From sequence record PP620640: a stretch of 64,000 nt of DNA; one strand, given 5' to 3'. The notes beneath the pieces were generated by a model that did no database searches, was not told where the DNA came from, and worked only from the letters and a program-made list of their open reading frames with translations. The position numbers and the translations under genes are program-made. The stretch comes from Escherichia phage fKMPT1. Positions 26,504-35,411 of this stretch are shown in pieces (position 1 is the first letter of the stretch; each line of letters starts with the position of its first letter).

Positions 26504-26678
26504 TCAATGAATCTATGTTTGTAGCCCTAACCTTTTCACGTTCATCGTTAAGATAATCATCAAGAGCCTTTTCAATCTGTGAATCATCTTGACAGATAAC
26601 TGTAAAGACTGTAAAGCCGTCTGTATCGTCAATTATCTTACCATAACCGCTTCTGGGGTGTAACTTTTTAAGAGCCAT
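26466..26678 (-). CDS. Hypothetical small protein
   Basis: 70-aa ORF with basic C-terminus. Confidence 0.35.
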   Translation of the reverse strand: MALKKLHPRSGYGKIIDDTDGFTVFTVICQDDSQIEKALDDYLNDEREKVRATNIDSLIDTSRKRKKKDE

Positions 26679-26679
26679 A

Positions 26680-27063
26680 TCAAATACCTGTGCAGCTTCT
26701 GTTTTCTAAGAAATACTCAACACCATACATAGCTTTTTGCATCAAATCTTCTTTAAACTGGATGCGATGGTTGAGCATAGCCTGTACATCAATATCATCA
26801 TGGTGCTTTTCTTTAATATTTGCAGATTGCAGGAAATACTCTCCAAGAACACGATACTGGTAGTCAGTTACCTTATCAGTCATCTCTGTCAAAGACTCTT
26901 CAGAGATTGGTTTAAGTAGCTCACCTTTAGATAGCGCAACACCTTTTACAATCTGGCAAGTGTCTTCTGGAACACCTGATAAGTCCACATTTGGAAGTTC
27001 TGTTGCATTGACTGGTAAATTCATTGCCATAACCATTGCAGCAGCTAATAAAATCTTTTTCAT
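26680..27063 (-). CDS. Secreted/periplasmic small protein
   Basis: 127 aa; N-terminal signal peptide MKKILLAAAMVMAMNLPVNA. Confidence 0.5.
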   Translation of the reverse strand: MKKILLAAAMVMAMNLPVNATELPNVDLSGVPEDTCQIVKGVALSKGELLKPISEESLTEMTDKVTDYQYRVLGEYFLQSANIKEKHHDDIDVQAMLNHRIQFKEDLMQKAMYGVEYFLENRSCTGI

Positions 27064-27169
27064 AATGACCTCAAAGTTATATTAAATTTTGTATTACATT
27101 GAGTATAAAAATAAGCTATAACACCTGACTTGTCAACAGATTTTATAGCTTATTTGGCAGATTTTTTAT

Positions 27170-27430
27170 AAGGCTACTGCCATCCTTCCATACCACACCA
27201 AACCACACCTTACCTCACACCACCACACCCAACCGAGCCTGACCTTATTAAAAGACCCTCTTAAAGACCTTTTAAAAAGGTAAGTCTCATTTTAATGTAG
27301 TTGAGACTAACTACCCATACTTTACCGGACCTTACTGGACCATACCTAACACCACCGAACCAAACCATACACCACCGAACCGTACCATACCAGACATCAC
27401 TTAAAAACCCTCTTAGAAAGACTCTTAAGT
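27170..27430. repeat. Duplicated G-depleted CA-rich module with conserved TTAAAA(G)ACCCTCTTA box
   Basis: Two ~100-130-bp units (27170-27270 and 27300-27430): plus strand runs of CCA/CAC/ACC almost devoid of G (e.g. ccataccacaccaaaccacaccttacctcacaccaccacaccc; accaccgaacc twice), each ending in ttaaaagaccctcttaaagacc / ttaaaaaccctcttagaaagac. Confidence 0.6.
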
Positions 27431-27648
27431 GATGCTGGTGAGTACCCGTTGGTTTATGCTGCTCAGTATACTCACCAAATTTTCTATGTCAACAACTTTT
27501 ATAAAAAAGTTCTGATAGCTATATGCGTCACGAAACAAAAGATTGTAAACAAGACACCCATTGCAAAAGATGTGTCCAAAAGCTTACTTGCAACGTATGA
27601 CAATACAAAGACAACCAGTATAAACAAAATGACTGTACTGAACATAGT

Positions 27649-28749
27649 TTACTCATAATCCCTAATAACTAGCCCAACAGGAAACTGTAAAGACCCCTTA
27701 CGAGTCATCTTCTGGAACTGAACCGTTAAAGGTTTCCCGATAAACTCTTCAGGATGCTCAGCAAGATACTGTTTCTTCTCATGAGTAGTCTTCCATGAGA
27801 CATCTACAAAGACGTTAGGAAGCGTCTCTACAACGAACTTGCCATGACCACGTTTATCGGTCTTTACACCAGTTACTTTAAACTCTTCAGTGTGCATCTT
27901 CTTGTGCTTAATCAAGAAGTATGAACGGTGACAACACTCATAGAAGGAGTCTTCAGAAATTGAACGGTACATTGCACCTTCAAACTTAGCTTCAACCCAC
28001 TTATCATGGGCTTCATCAAACTCTTCCCAAGAGTTAACACGACGAGATTTAACAGGGACAACTTTACAGCCATCTCTAAAGTCATTCAATGGTGAAGTCT
28101 CAATAATATCTCTACGCTCAGGCCACGTCTTAGTACTGTCACAGATATCATACCAGTAGAACTGGAGTAGATGTCGGTCTGGATTGTCAGCATTCTTAAT
28201 CATAGACACAATGTCTTCTAAGTCCCAACCATGAGCATAAATCTCGCCATCAAAGTCTTTAACTTGCGGATGTAATTTAAGCAACAAAAGTAAATCTGGG
28301 ATTAGTTCTGCTGGAACGTTGTAAACAGTATTCTCACGAGAATAAGCCGTGAAGCTAACTGAATCAGCATCTCTTGAAATTCTACAACGAACACCATCAA
28401 GTTTTGGTTGAGCATCAGCAGGGAATATCAAATACTTTGCATGACTAACCTTTGCAGCATCATGCGCAAGCTGTACACCTACCTTCTCAGTATTCTGTGC
28501 AGACTCTTTTGTGTAAGCATAACCTTTGCGGTCAACCTGCTTTTTATACTTAGCAGCAACTTCAAAGAGAGCTTGCTGTTCAGCGTTACGCTCATTCTTT
28601 TTACCGATGTTTTTAGGTTCTGCTGTATACTCTTCAAACATCATCTTGCCATTCTCTTTACCGTAGGTTGTAATAACTTTGTCGCCTACAGCAACACATG
28701 ACCAGACGTTGAAGGAGCCATCTTTATTTTGTTTGTATAGAATTGTCAT
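27649..28749 (-). CDS. ATP-dependent DNA ligase
   Basis: 366 aa; adenylation motif I KLDGVRC (KxDG); size as T7-type ligases. Confidence 0.8.
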   Translation of the reverse strand: MTILYKQNKDGSFNVWSCVAVGDKVITTYGKENGKMMFEEYTAEPKNIGKKNERNAEQQALFEVAAKYKKQVDRKGYAYTKESAQNTEKVGVQLAHDAAKVSHAKYLIFPADAQPKLDGVRCRISRDADSVSFTAYSRENTVYNVPAELIPDLLLLLKLHPQVKDFDGEIYAHGWDLEDIVSMIKNADNPDRHLLQFYWYDICDSTKTWPERRDIIETSPLNDFRDGCKVVPVKSRRVNSWEEFDEAHDKWVEAKFEGAMYRSISEDSFYECCHRSYFLIKHKKMHTEEFKVTGVKTDKRGHGKFVVETLPNVFVDVSWKTTHEKKQYLAEHPEEFIGKPLTVQFQKMTRKGSLQFPVGLVIRDYE

Positions 28750-28952
28750 TTTCTCTTACCACCAATTTCTACGTCAATAACTTGAATATCACCAGCATCA
28801 TCAAACTTGTGAATGATGCTTTTCACAGTGTAAGTCCAACCCTCGATGCGAACCAATTCACCTTCTCGTGGAACTATTGGGTTACGTTGAGCTACCGTTG
28901 TAGTGGAGTGAACAACATCATAACAATAGATATAGTTTACTAGGACTTCCAT
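28746..28952 (-). CDS. Hypothetical small protein
   Basis: 68-aa ORF coupled to ligase start. Confidence 0.35.
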   Translation of the reverse strand: MEVLVNYIYCYDVVHSTTTVAQRNPIVPREGELVRIEGWTYTVKSIIHKFDDAGDIQVIDVEIGGKRK

Positions 28953-28961
28953 GCCTTTTCC

Positions 28962-29195
28962 TTAAAATGATAAGTCAATATTGATACGTTCACCCTTAAG
29001 GACTCCTGTACGGTCCCTTGCAATCTTACCGTCAACAATAAGGATATGCGCAGACCTTAAAGATTCACTATTAAAACCTTTTACGAACTTACTAGGCATA
29101 ACTACAATAAGCATCTCTTGAATCAACTCTGGAGTGTAGCAGTTGTCGTGAAGTTGCTGAATAACGTCTGCAAGTGTCATTTTTGATGTCTCCAA
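28962..29195 (-). CDS. Small protein, paralog 1 of a two-member family
   Basis: 77 aa; alignable over full length with 29383..29601 product (shared ...DGKIA(R/K)D(R/K)TG.LKGER(I/V)NI...). Confidence 0.45.
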   Translation of the reverse strand: METSKMTLADVIQQLHDNCYTPELIQEMLIVVMPSKFVKGFNSESLRSAHILIVDGKIARDRTGVLKGERINIDLSF

Positions 29196-29386
29196 TACTC
29201 AATGTCAATAAGTTCTTGTGCAATGCTTTTCAGATTACCTTTCAAGAAAACCTTCTCAGAATCTGAAAGAGATGAATTGTCAATTAACCTGTTCATTCTC
29301 TCAAACAACTTCTGCTTACGATTCTTGATAGTTTCCTTTGAAGCACCTTTCATCATCGCTGCATGGGTTCTTCCACGGTGGCTCAT
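29177..29386 (-). CDS. Small basic protein
   Basis: 69 aa, Lys/Arg-rich. Confidence 0.35.
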   Translation of the reverse strand: MSHRGRTHAAMMKGASKETIKNRKQKLFERMNRLIDNSSLSDSEKVFLKGNLKSIAQELIDIEYWRHQK

Positions 29387-29601
29387 AGTAAAGTCTCAAT
29401 GTTTACACGCTCACCTTTTAAGTAGCCTGTCTTGTCTTTTGCGATTTTGCCTCCAGCAATAAAGATATCAACTCTACGTAGAACTTCAGGGTTTACCTTC
29501 AAATTCCTACAGCTACTGCAAAGAACAATAAACATCCCTTCAATCTCTTTTTGAGAGTAACCTGCACATTGCAACTGAACTTCAATCTCTGAAAGCGTCA
29601 T
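29383..29601 (-). CDS. Small protein, paralog 2 of a two-member family
   Basis: 72 aa; paralogous to 28962..29195 product. Confidence 0.45.
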   Translation of the reverse strand: MTLSEIEVQLQCAGYSQKEIEGMFIVLCSSCRNLKVNPEVLRRVDIFIAGGKIAKDKTGYLKGERVNIETLL

Positions 29602-29652
29602 GTGACCTCCTATATAAGATATTGTATATGGTACTCTTCCATGAGCACCTTG

Positions 29653-30156
29653 TCAAGATAGTTTTGCAAACTCTCCGTGGAGTTTTATAGCAGCTTCACA
29701 GTAAGCTTTATGGGCTTCTTCAGGTGTATCAAATAGACCAAGTGATGACCTTTTACCTCTGCATGTTATAGTCGCCCTCCACTTATTGCAGTCTTTAAAG
29801 TAATGAACACCCTTGTAACCTGATTTGTTAGTCGTCTGCTTTACCCTGTTTTGAGCGTTTCCATATTTATCGGTCTCCCTAAGATTAGAAATGTGATTAT
29901 TACTCCTGTTGCCATCAATGTGGTCTATCATCTTAGTAGGTTTGTAACCATGCTCAAACCACCAAACAAGGTGATGCACTTTTATTACAACATCTTTGAA
30001 TTTAAGCACTTTGTAACCATAAGCATCACTTCCTCCGGCAACCTGACCAGCTTTAGCTTGTCTATTCCTATCATACCTGTTGTAGAAGACCCCTTTATCG
30101 GGGTCGTAAATAAAGTTGTCCTTGTAATCTTGAAGTGTTAGTGAACGGCGTACCAT
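29653..30156 (-). CDS. HNH homing endonuclease with AP2-type DNA-binding domain
   Basis: 167 aa; HNH_3-like motif MIDHIDGNRSNNHISNLRETDKYGNAQNR and AP2-like SGYKGVHYFKDCNKWRATI...LGLFDTPEEAHKAY; immediately downstream of intron-containing polymerase gene. Confidence 0.75.
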   Translation of the reverse strand: MVRRSLTLQDYKDNFIYDPDKGVFYNRYDRNRQAKAGQVAGGSDAYGYKVLKFKDVVIKVHHLVWWFEHGYKPTKMIDHIDGNRSNNHISNLRETDKYGNAQNRVKQTTNKSGYKGVHYFKDCNKWRATITCRGKRSSLGLFDTPEEAHKAYCEAAIKLHGEFAKLS

Positions 30157-30689
30157 GTTTTACCTACCTTACCAGTACCCGTGACAAGTGTCTTACTCTT
30201 TAATCCAAGATTTTTTGATGCTTGACCATACATTCTATCAATAATCTCCTTAACATCTGGTACAGCTTTTGTTGGAACCTCTAAAGAAACTTCGTCGTGG
30301 TAACTACAGACCCATCTAGCACCAATAGCTGGTTTCCTACCATTTAGAACTGTAAGTTTTCGCTCTGTTAACTCTCTATTAGCCAAGTTAATCCCCTCAT
30401 TCTGTACCTGCGCCTCACTACCCATGAGTGTGAAATTCAATAACTTATGTGGAGATTTACACCATAACCACGCTCCAGCGACTTTGATATAACCACCTTT
30501 GGCAATTGCAGAAGTTTTTCCAAAAACCTCTTCAAGTGCTTTCTTAGTTGCTTTGAAGTCTTCCTCTAACCTATCAAGCAGCTTTTTAATCTTAGGTAGA
30601 CGTACAAAGTAAGTTTGTTTAGTCAATGCACCTTCTTCCGTAGATGATGCCTTGATAGTTTTTGCAAACTTCTCGTCTCCAGCACCGAA
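30138..30689 (-). CDS. DNA polymerase, family A (T7-like), exon 2 (5' boundary approximate)
   Basis: Contains FGAGDEKFA (second half of motif B, cf. T7 YGAGDEK) and motif C YHDEV; no in-frame ATG or RBS at its 5' end, stop codon 4 codons upstream. Confidence 0.65.
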   Translation of the reverse strand, partial: FGAGDEKFAKTIKASSTEEGALTKQTYFVRLPKIKKLLDRLEEDFKATKKALEEVFGKTSAIAKGGYIKVAGAWLWCKSPHKLLNFTLMGSEAQVQNEGINLANRELTERKLTVLNGRKPAIGARWVCSYHDEVSLEVPTKAVPDVKEIIDRMYGQASKNLGLKSKTLVTGTGKVGKTWYAVH

Positions 30690-30965
30690 CAATACATCTG
30701 GTCAATACACTCGCAAGGTGTACCAGTTCTCTTATGAACTTCTCCGCATTTCTACGGAGTGTCGGACTATATCACGTAGCAGGATGCTACCGTTGCACTT
30801 GGGAATGGTCATTAGCTTACCACCCTACTCTACTCAGTTCATACGTTAAGTATGCTTTTCGATAGTCTCTGAACGTTCCTCTCAAGAGGCTTCGCTGCTG
30901 ATTACCGTATCTTCTCAGACTTAGGCTTCCAGCAATTCACAACGTTTTACATGCGCCACTGACGC
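30690..30965 (-). mobile_element. Group I self-splicing intron (ORF-less) in DNA polymerase gene; boundaries approximate
   Basis: On minus strand, in order: P-like gaattgctggaagcc (~30924-30938), Q-like aatcagcagcg (~30893-30903), R-like gttcagagactat (~30862-30874), S-like gatatagtccgac (~30761-30773) giving P7 GACTAT/ATAGTC; P9-like hairpin ctccgtagaaatgcggag; possible P1 pairing exon tttaT with intron Gtaaa; interrupts motif B of polymerase. Confidence 0.75.
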
Positions 30966-33104
30966 ATAAATGCCATTTTTGGCTTTCTTACGACCTTTTG
31001 TAATCTCGTGGAGAAGTTCCTCATCCTGTGTATACCTACAACGAACAATATCTTCTTCCTTGTTCAGACCAAAGTAAATACTGTTCAGTGTATGTGCATC
31101 AGTACCTGTGTATACTTCATAGAGGTCATTCTCAGCATCATAACGAAGGTACTTGTCAGTTTCTGGATTGAGGTACTTATCAAGATGCTTGCAATAGTAT
31201 CTTCCATCCTCTTGCTTGGTAAATTCTACTGACTCTTTACCTTGTGTTACCGCTTTAGTGAACTCTTCATCACCCATAAAGTTACAAAGAAGAACTAGCT
31301 GTGCTGAGTTTTGGTCTACAGAGATGATATCTGTCCCCTCTTCACAAGTCCACACCTCCCTCATAGGTGCTCCATAGACAGCAGCACCAGACGGTACGTT
31401 TACAATACCATATTGTGTCATACGTCCAGTTGAAGTACCAAATACCATTGCACCAGCACTAAGGCGACCATCAGGACGAATCTGGTTCAACCAACCTTTT
31501 TCATCATCCTTTGAGTTCTCAATAGTTCTGCGTCGGTGCATCAAAGTATAGTACTTAGCAATCTTCTGTCCAAGCTCACCTTCAATCGTATCATAAGATG
31601 ATTCAGTAAGTTTTGGTGAAGTACGGATTAAGCAAGGTTCAAGCAAATCTGTGTATTTCTTCACAGACCAGTTATGTTCAATGTACTGGACACCTTCATG
31701 TTCAACATAACTCAAACCACACCTTTCAACCATCTCATCCCACTTAGGATGCTTTGTAATCATCTTTTTGTTGTCTTTGAAACGACAAACTTTGACAGGA
31801 CGACCATCTGAGTCTTTCTTGTAGTTCCAGTCATCTGGAATCCAACCAACTGATTTCAAATAGTCTTTCACAACTGCTACCTGAGTCATACGAGAAACTT
31901 CGAACTCAATTGGTGTATATGGTGCATCAATCAAACCTGTGTAGCGACTTGACTCAAGCTCAAAGTGGTTAACAACATGGCTGTTATAGTACTTCACAGT
32001 TTTAACTGTTTTTACTGGCTTCCAATCTTTGCACTTCTTACCAATCTTTGCATTCAACTCATTGCAAATTGCACGAGCATCCTTCATTGCTACAAAACCT
32101 TCCTTGTACTCTTCACCAGTTACAGAGTTGGTTGGTGTATAGCAATTCCGCTTTTCAATGTTAAAAATCTTTGTAGTTGGCTTACCAAATGGCTTGATTT
32201 CATATGTCTGCATCTCACCGTTACGTACCTGCTGACGATACTTTGTCTTAGGGTACTTGGTAATTCTCTTCAGTCCATCTGCGTGACCAAATGCTTCAAC
32301 ATACTCATTCCAAGCTTTTGCAAACTCTTCTCCAGTGACTTTAACTTTGGTCTTGATAGTTGGAGGAAGATGTGGTTCAACTTCTGAAGCAAGCTCATTA
32401 GTCAACTTGTCAAGTTCCTTTACATGGAACTCCATAAGCTCTTTATCAGCTTTCCAACCATTGATAGCTTGTTGACTCATCCAGAAAGATGTTTCTTTAG
32501 CTCGCATGTAGGTTTCATAAGTATCTACGCCACACTTCTTCAGCTTGAGATATTCATTATCCAGTGCACGTTTAGTTTTGGCGTTAATACGGATATCTTC
32601 TACAACACGAGTGAAGATTTCTGCATTCCACACACCCCAATGTTCAATCTCTGGTTTACGTACACCGACACGAGCACCCCATGCAGCCAAGCCATGAGCA
32701 CCTTTATAGCCTTTTGGAGTTGGTCTATCCATCCATTGAACACGAGATTGGATAAGAGAATCCTGAAAGAAATTACTCCACGGCTTACACTTTGGATTAT
32801 CAAAGTTCCACAAATCAGGTGCAATGTGATTGAAAACCCACCAGTCATACCCCAGACCATTATGGATGCAAAGTCGTTTTGCCTTTAACGCAAACTCAAC
32901 ACCTTCACGCAAGCCACCCTTAATGTACTTGGTATACTTGTGACCGAGGATAGGCTCATCTGTAAAGACCCATACAGGTGGCTCTTCATCGTCAGATTTA
33001 TAGTCTGCGAAAGCCATTACGTGTACTTTAGTGAACTCAAGGAGTAAACCATCAGTTTCTGTATCGCCAACTAAATGTAAGTTTTTAAAATCTACGTTTT
33101 CCAT
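30966..33104 (-). CDS. DNA polymerase, family A (T7-like), exon 1 (3' boundary approximate)
   Basis: 3'-5' exonuclease Exo I motif VGDTETDGL; motif A-like DQNSAQLVL; ends in RKKAKNGIY (first half of motif B); likely true start at second in-frame ATG (MENVD) preceded by GAGGGAG RBS. Confidence 0.75.
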
Positions 33105-33361
33105 TTTTACTCCCTCTAAAATCATTAACCACATACATTACTGCAAAAAATTATAAAAAGCAAGTTGACAATGTACTTGACAAGGTGTTAATCTTTGCGA
33201 AGTGGGTTTTTACTTAAAAGGTTACTTAACAGTTTAACTATACAGATACTTTAAAACTCTTAAAAGATTATTTAATAGTTTTTAAAAAGCTTTAAAGTAT
33301 AACGTATAGAATACGTTAAGATAAAAGATTAAAACTTAATAGTTACTTAAAAGAGGCTTAC

Positions 33362-33784
33362 ATGCAGAAAATGTTTGTTCACCCAGACATAGCTGACTTT
33401 GTTAGAGCTTTGCAGAAGTTGGAAGAACTTGACATTGCTGCTCAACGGGAATATGCTCACCATCACAGGAGAATGGTTGATATACAACATGAAATAGAGT
33501 TGTCTGAAAACTATGAAGATGACTTAAAATGCTCTGTATTTGAGCATATGAAAGATGTTGCTACAGCGAGACGTAAAGCTAAAGACACAGTTGCTTTACT
33601 AGATTCTCTTAAAAAGAGATTGCAAAGTGGTACAGACCTGTGTAATCTAGCGTCACTGATTAACGATGTTGAAACTTCTTGGGATAGACATTACTATCCA
33701 CGTTCTGAAAAGACACTTGACTTTTCTTCATCCGAAAACTTAAAATGTTCTAGAAAGAAACTTAACCAACTGAGAGAGAAATAA
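33362..33784 (+). CDS. Hypothetical early protein
   Basis: 140-aa ORF, first gene after AT-rich divergent control region. Confidence 0.4.
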   Translation: MQKMFVHPDIADFVRALQKLEELDIAAQREYAHHHRRMVDIQHEIELSENYEDDLKCSVFEHMKDVATARRKAKDTVALLDSLKKRLQSGTDLCNLASLINDVETSWDRHYYPRSEKTLDFSSSENLKCSRKKLNQLREK

Positions 33785-33785
33785 T

Positions 33786-34598
33786 ATGAACACTACTGTA
33801 GACCAGATGCTTAAAGAAAAAGGTGTTGACGAAGCATTCTTAATCAATGCCGTAGAAAGCATGGCTATGATTCTTCGTGGAAACAACTATACAGAACAGT
33901 TTATGCCTGCAAGCTATAACTTACCTAAAGACAAGTCTGATAACGGTGCTTTTGCAGAACAGGTTAATATGATGCTGTGTGACAAAAAACTTGCTTTAGC
34001 ATCTATCGTTGTAGGTGTTGATGCTCTTGCAGAGTTCATTTTTTATGAGATGCAGAAAAATGACTATATTGCCATGACCTCTGAAGAAAAAGACTCGCTA
34101 CTACTCTTAGATAATAATGAGTTAGTTGACCTGTTAATTTCGTCAACGAGTGCTGTTATGGCTGCTCTTGAGAAGCGCATGGAAGAGAAGCTGTCACGAT
34201 ATGAAAAGCTTGATTGGGGTGTAGAAGAGTTAAACCCACGAATCAAAGAGATTATCCAGCAAACTAAAGAGTCTTTAGAAGAGGCTGTGAAAGATGATTC
34301 CGTAGCTGATGTAGAACCACTACAGGTGAAGGTTGCTCTGATGATTCCAGCTATCTCTACAATGATGAATATCGTTGCACTAATCCAACTTTCACAGATG
34401 TTGGGTGTAACCATTGAGTTCGTTGAGGAGATGACTGGTGGTGTCAGCATGCAAGCAATCAATGATGTTTTGGTAAACATTGGCGCTTCAATCATTGAAG
34501 AGAAGCTGCGTATTAACTTTGGCGATGATTTTGTGAAGCAAGTATCAGCTATGGCTGAAAAAGAGTATTCACAGATTAATACCGACCAACTGCACTAA
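33786..34598 (+). CDS. Hypothetical acidic protein
   Basis: 270-aa ORF, coupled to upstream gene, followed by terminator. Confidence 0.4.
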   Translation: MNTTVDQMLKEKGVDEAFLINAVESMAMILRGNNYTEQFMPASYNLPKDKSDNGAFAEQVNMMLCDKKLALASIVVGVDALAEFIFYEMQKNDYIAMTSEEKDSLLLLDNNELVDLLISSTSAVMAALEKRMEEKLSRYEKLDWGVEELNPRIKEIIQQTKESLEEAVKDDSVADVEPLQVKVALMIPAISTMMNIVALIQLSQMLGVTIEFVEEMTGGVSMQAINDVLVNIGASIIEEKLRINFGDDFVKQVSAMAEKEYSQINTDQLH

Positions 34599-34615
34599 GT
34601 CTTTATAAACCTTAC

Positions 34616-34640
34616 AAGCCTCCTTAGTTGGGGGCTTTTT
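34616..34640 (+). terminator. Rho-independent terminator
   Basis: aagcctcc-ttagtt-gggggctt hairpin followed by TTTTT. Confidence 0.6.
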
Positions 34641-34659
34641 AGTAATTAAGGGAGATAGA

Positions 34660-35403
34660 ATGAGTAGTATTATTGCATTTACTGGAAAGGCACGTTCTGG
34701 AAAAGACACCTCATGTTCTATTGTTAAGAATATTCTAGAAGATGAGTATGGCTACAATGTTGCAGTAATGGCCTATGCAGACAATCTTAAACTTTCTGCA
34801 TCAAAGATATTTGACTTGACTTGGAATGACCTGTACGGTGAAACTAAAGAAACTCCACAGGTTTTTGATTTATCATACTCTGAACTTATGCCTAAAGTTA
34901 CAGAAGCTATTGAGTTCACCTTCAAAGATGAACGTTACCATATGGACTTCAAGCTTATGTCAGAGTTAACCGGACGATTAATCATGGAGCTTAAGAAGGT
35001 TGCTAAACCAACTCTATTGACACGTCTGGGATTTAGCAAAAAGTATAAATTCTCATCAAGACAAATTCAACAGATTTGGGGAACTGAAGTTATCCGTAAA
35101 GTTATGGGTGACAAATTCTGGGCTAAAGACCTTGAAAAACGAATGGCTCGCTTCTTTGAATCTTGTTCACTTATGAGTCAAGAGGGTGTTGTTTTAATCA
35201 GTGACTTAAGGTTTGACTCTGAAGCTGAGTGGCTGAGTAGATTTGCACACCAGATTATTGAAGTAAAAAGAGACAATGTGGACAAGGTTTCATCACATGT
35301 TTCAGAAAATGGAATTTCTACCAAATATGCGCGTGACATTATCCATAATAATGGTACTCTTGCAGACCTTGAAAACAAGCTAAGAGCTATCCTGAAAATT
35401 TAA
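34660..35403 (+). CDS. Deoxynucleoside monophosphate kinase (T4 gp1-like)
   Basis: 247 aa; N-terminal P-loop IIAFTGKARSGKDT matching T4 dNMP kinase LIFLSGVKRSGKDT. Confidence 0.7.
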   Translation: MSSIIAFTGKARSGKDTSCSIVKNILEDEYGYNVAVMAYADNLKLSASKIFDLTWNDLYGETKETPQVFDLSYSELMPKVTEAIEFTFKDERYHMDFKLMSELTGRLIMELKKVAKPTLLTRLGFSKKYKFSSRQIQQIWGTEVIRKVMGDKFWAKDLEKRMARFFESCSLMSQEGVVLISDLRFDSEAEWLSRFAHQIIEVKRDNVDKVSSHVSENGISTKYARDIIHNNGTLADLENKLRAILKI

Positions 35404-35411
35404 AAGAGAGA

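Noticed and set aside
27170-27430. Possible CRISPR array or solitary CRISPR repeat in the CA-rich repeats
   Set aside because: The repeats are degenerate and of unequal length, with no regular repeat-spacer periodicity and no palindromic repeat core, so they do not look like a CRISPR array.
27449-27658. 69-aa plus-strand ORF at the edge of the CA-rich region
   Set aside because: No RBS, it overlaps the 3' end of the minus-strand ligase gene, and it sits in what is more likely non-coding regulatory sequence.
30138-30692. Treating the downstream polymerase ORF as an independent gene starting at TTG 30690-30692
   Set aside because: There is no Shine-Dalgarno sequence and no ATG, the reading frame starts in the middle of motif B, and the intervening sequence carries group I intron core elements, so exon 2 of a spliced gene is the better explanation.
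30690-30965. Intein or programmed frameshift as explanation for the split polymerase
   Set aside because: The intervening sequence contains in-frame stop codons and is ~275 nt long with RNA-level conserved elements. An intein would be an in-frame protein insertion and a frameshift would need overlap of only a few nucleotides.
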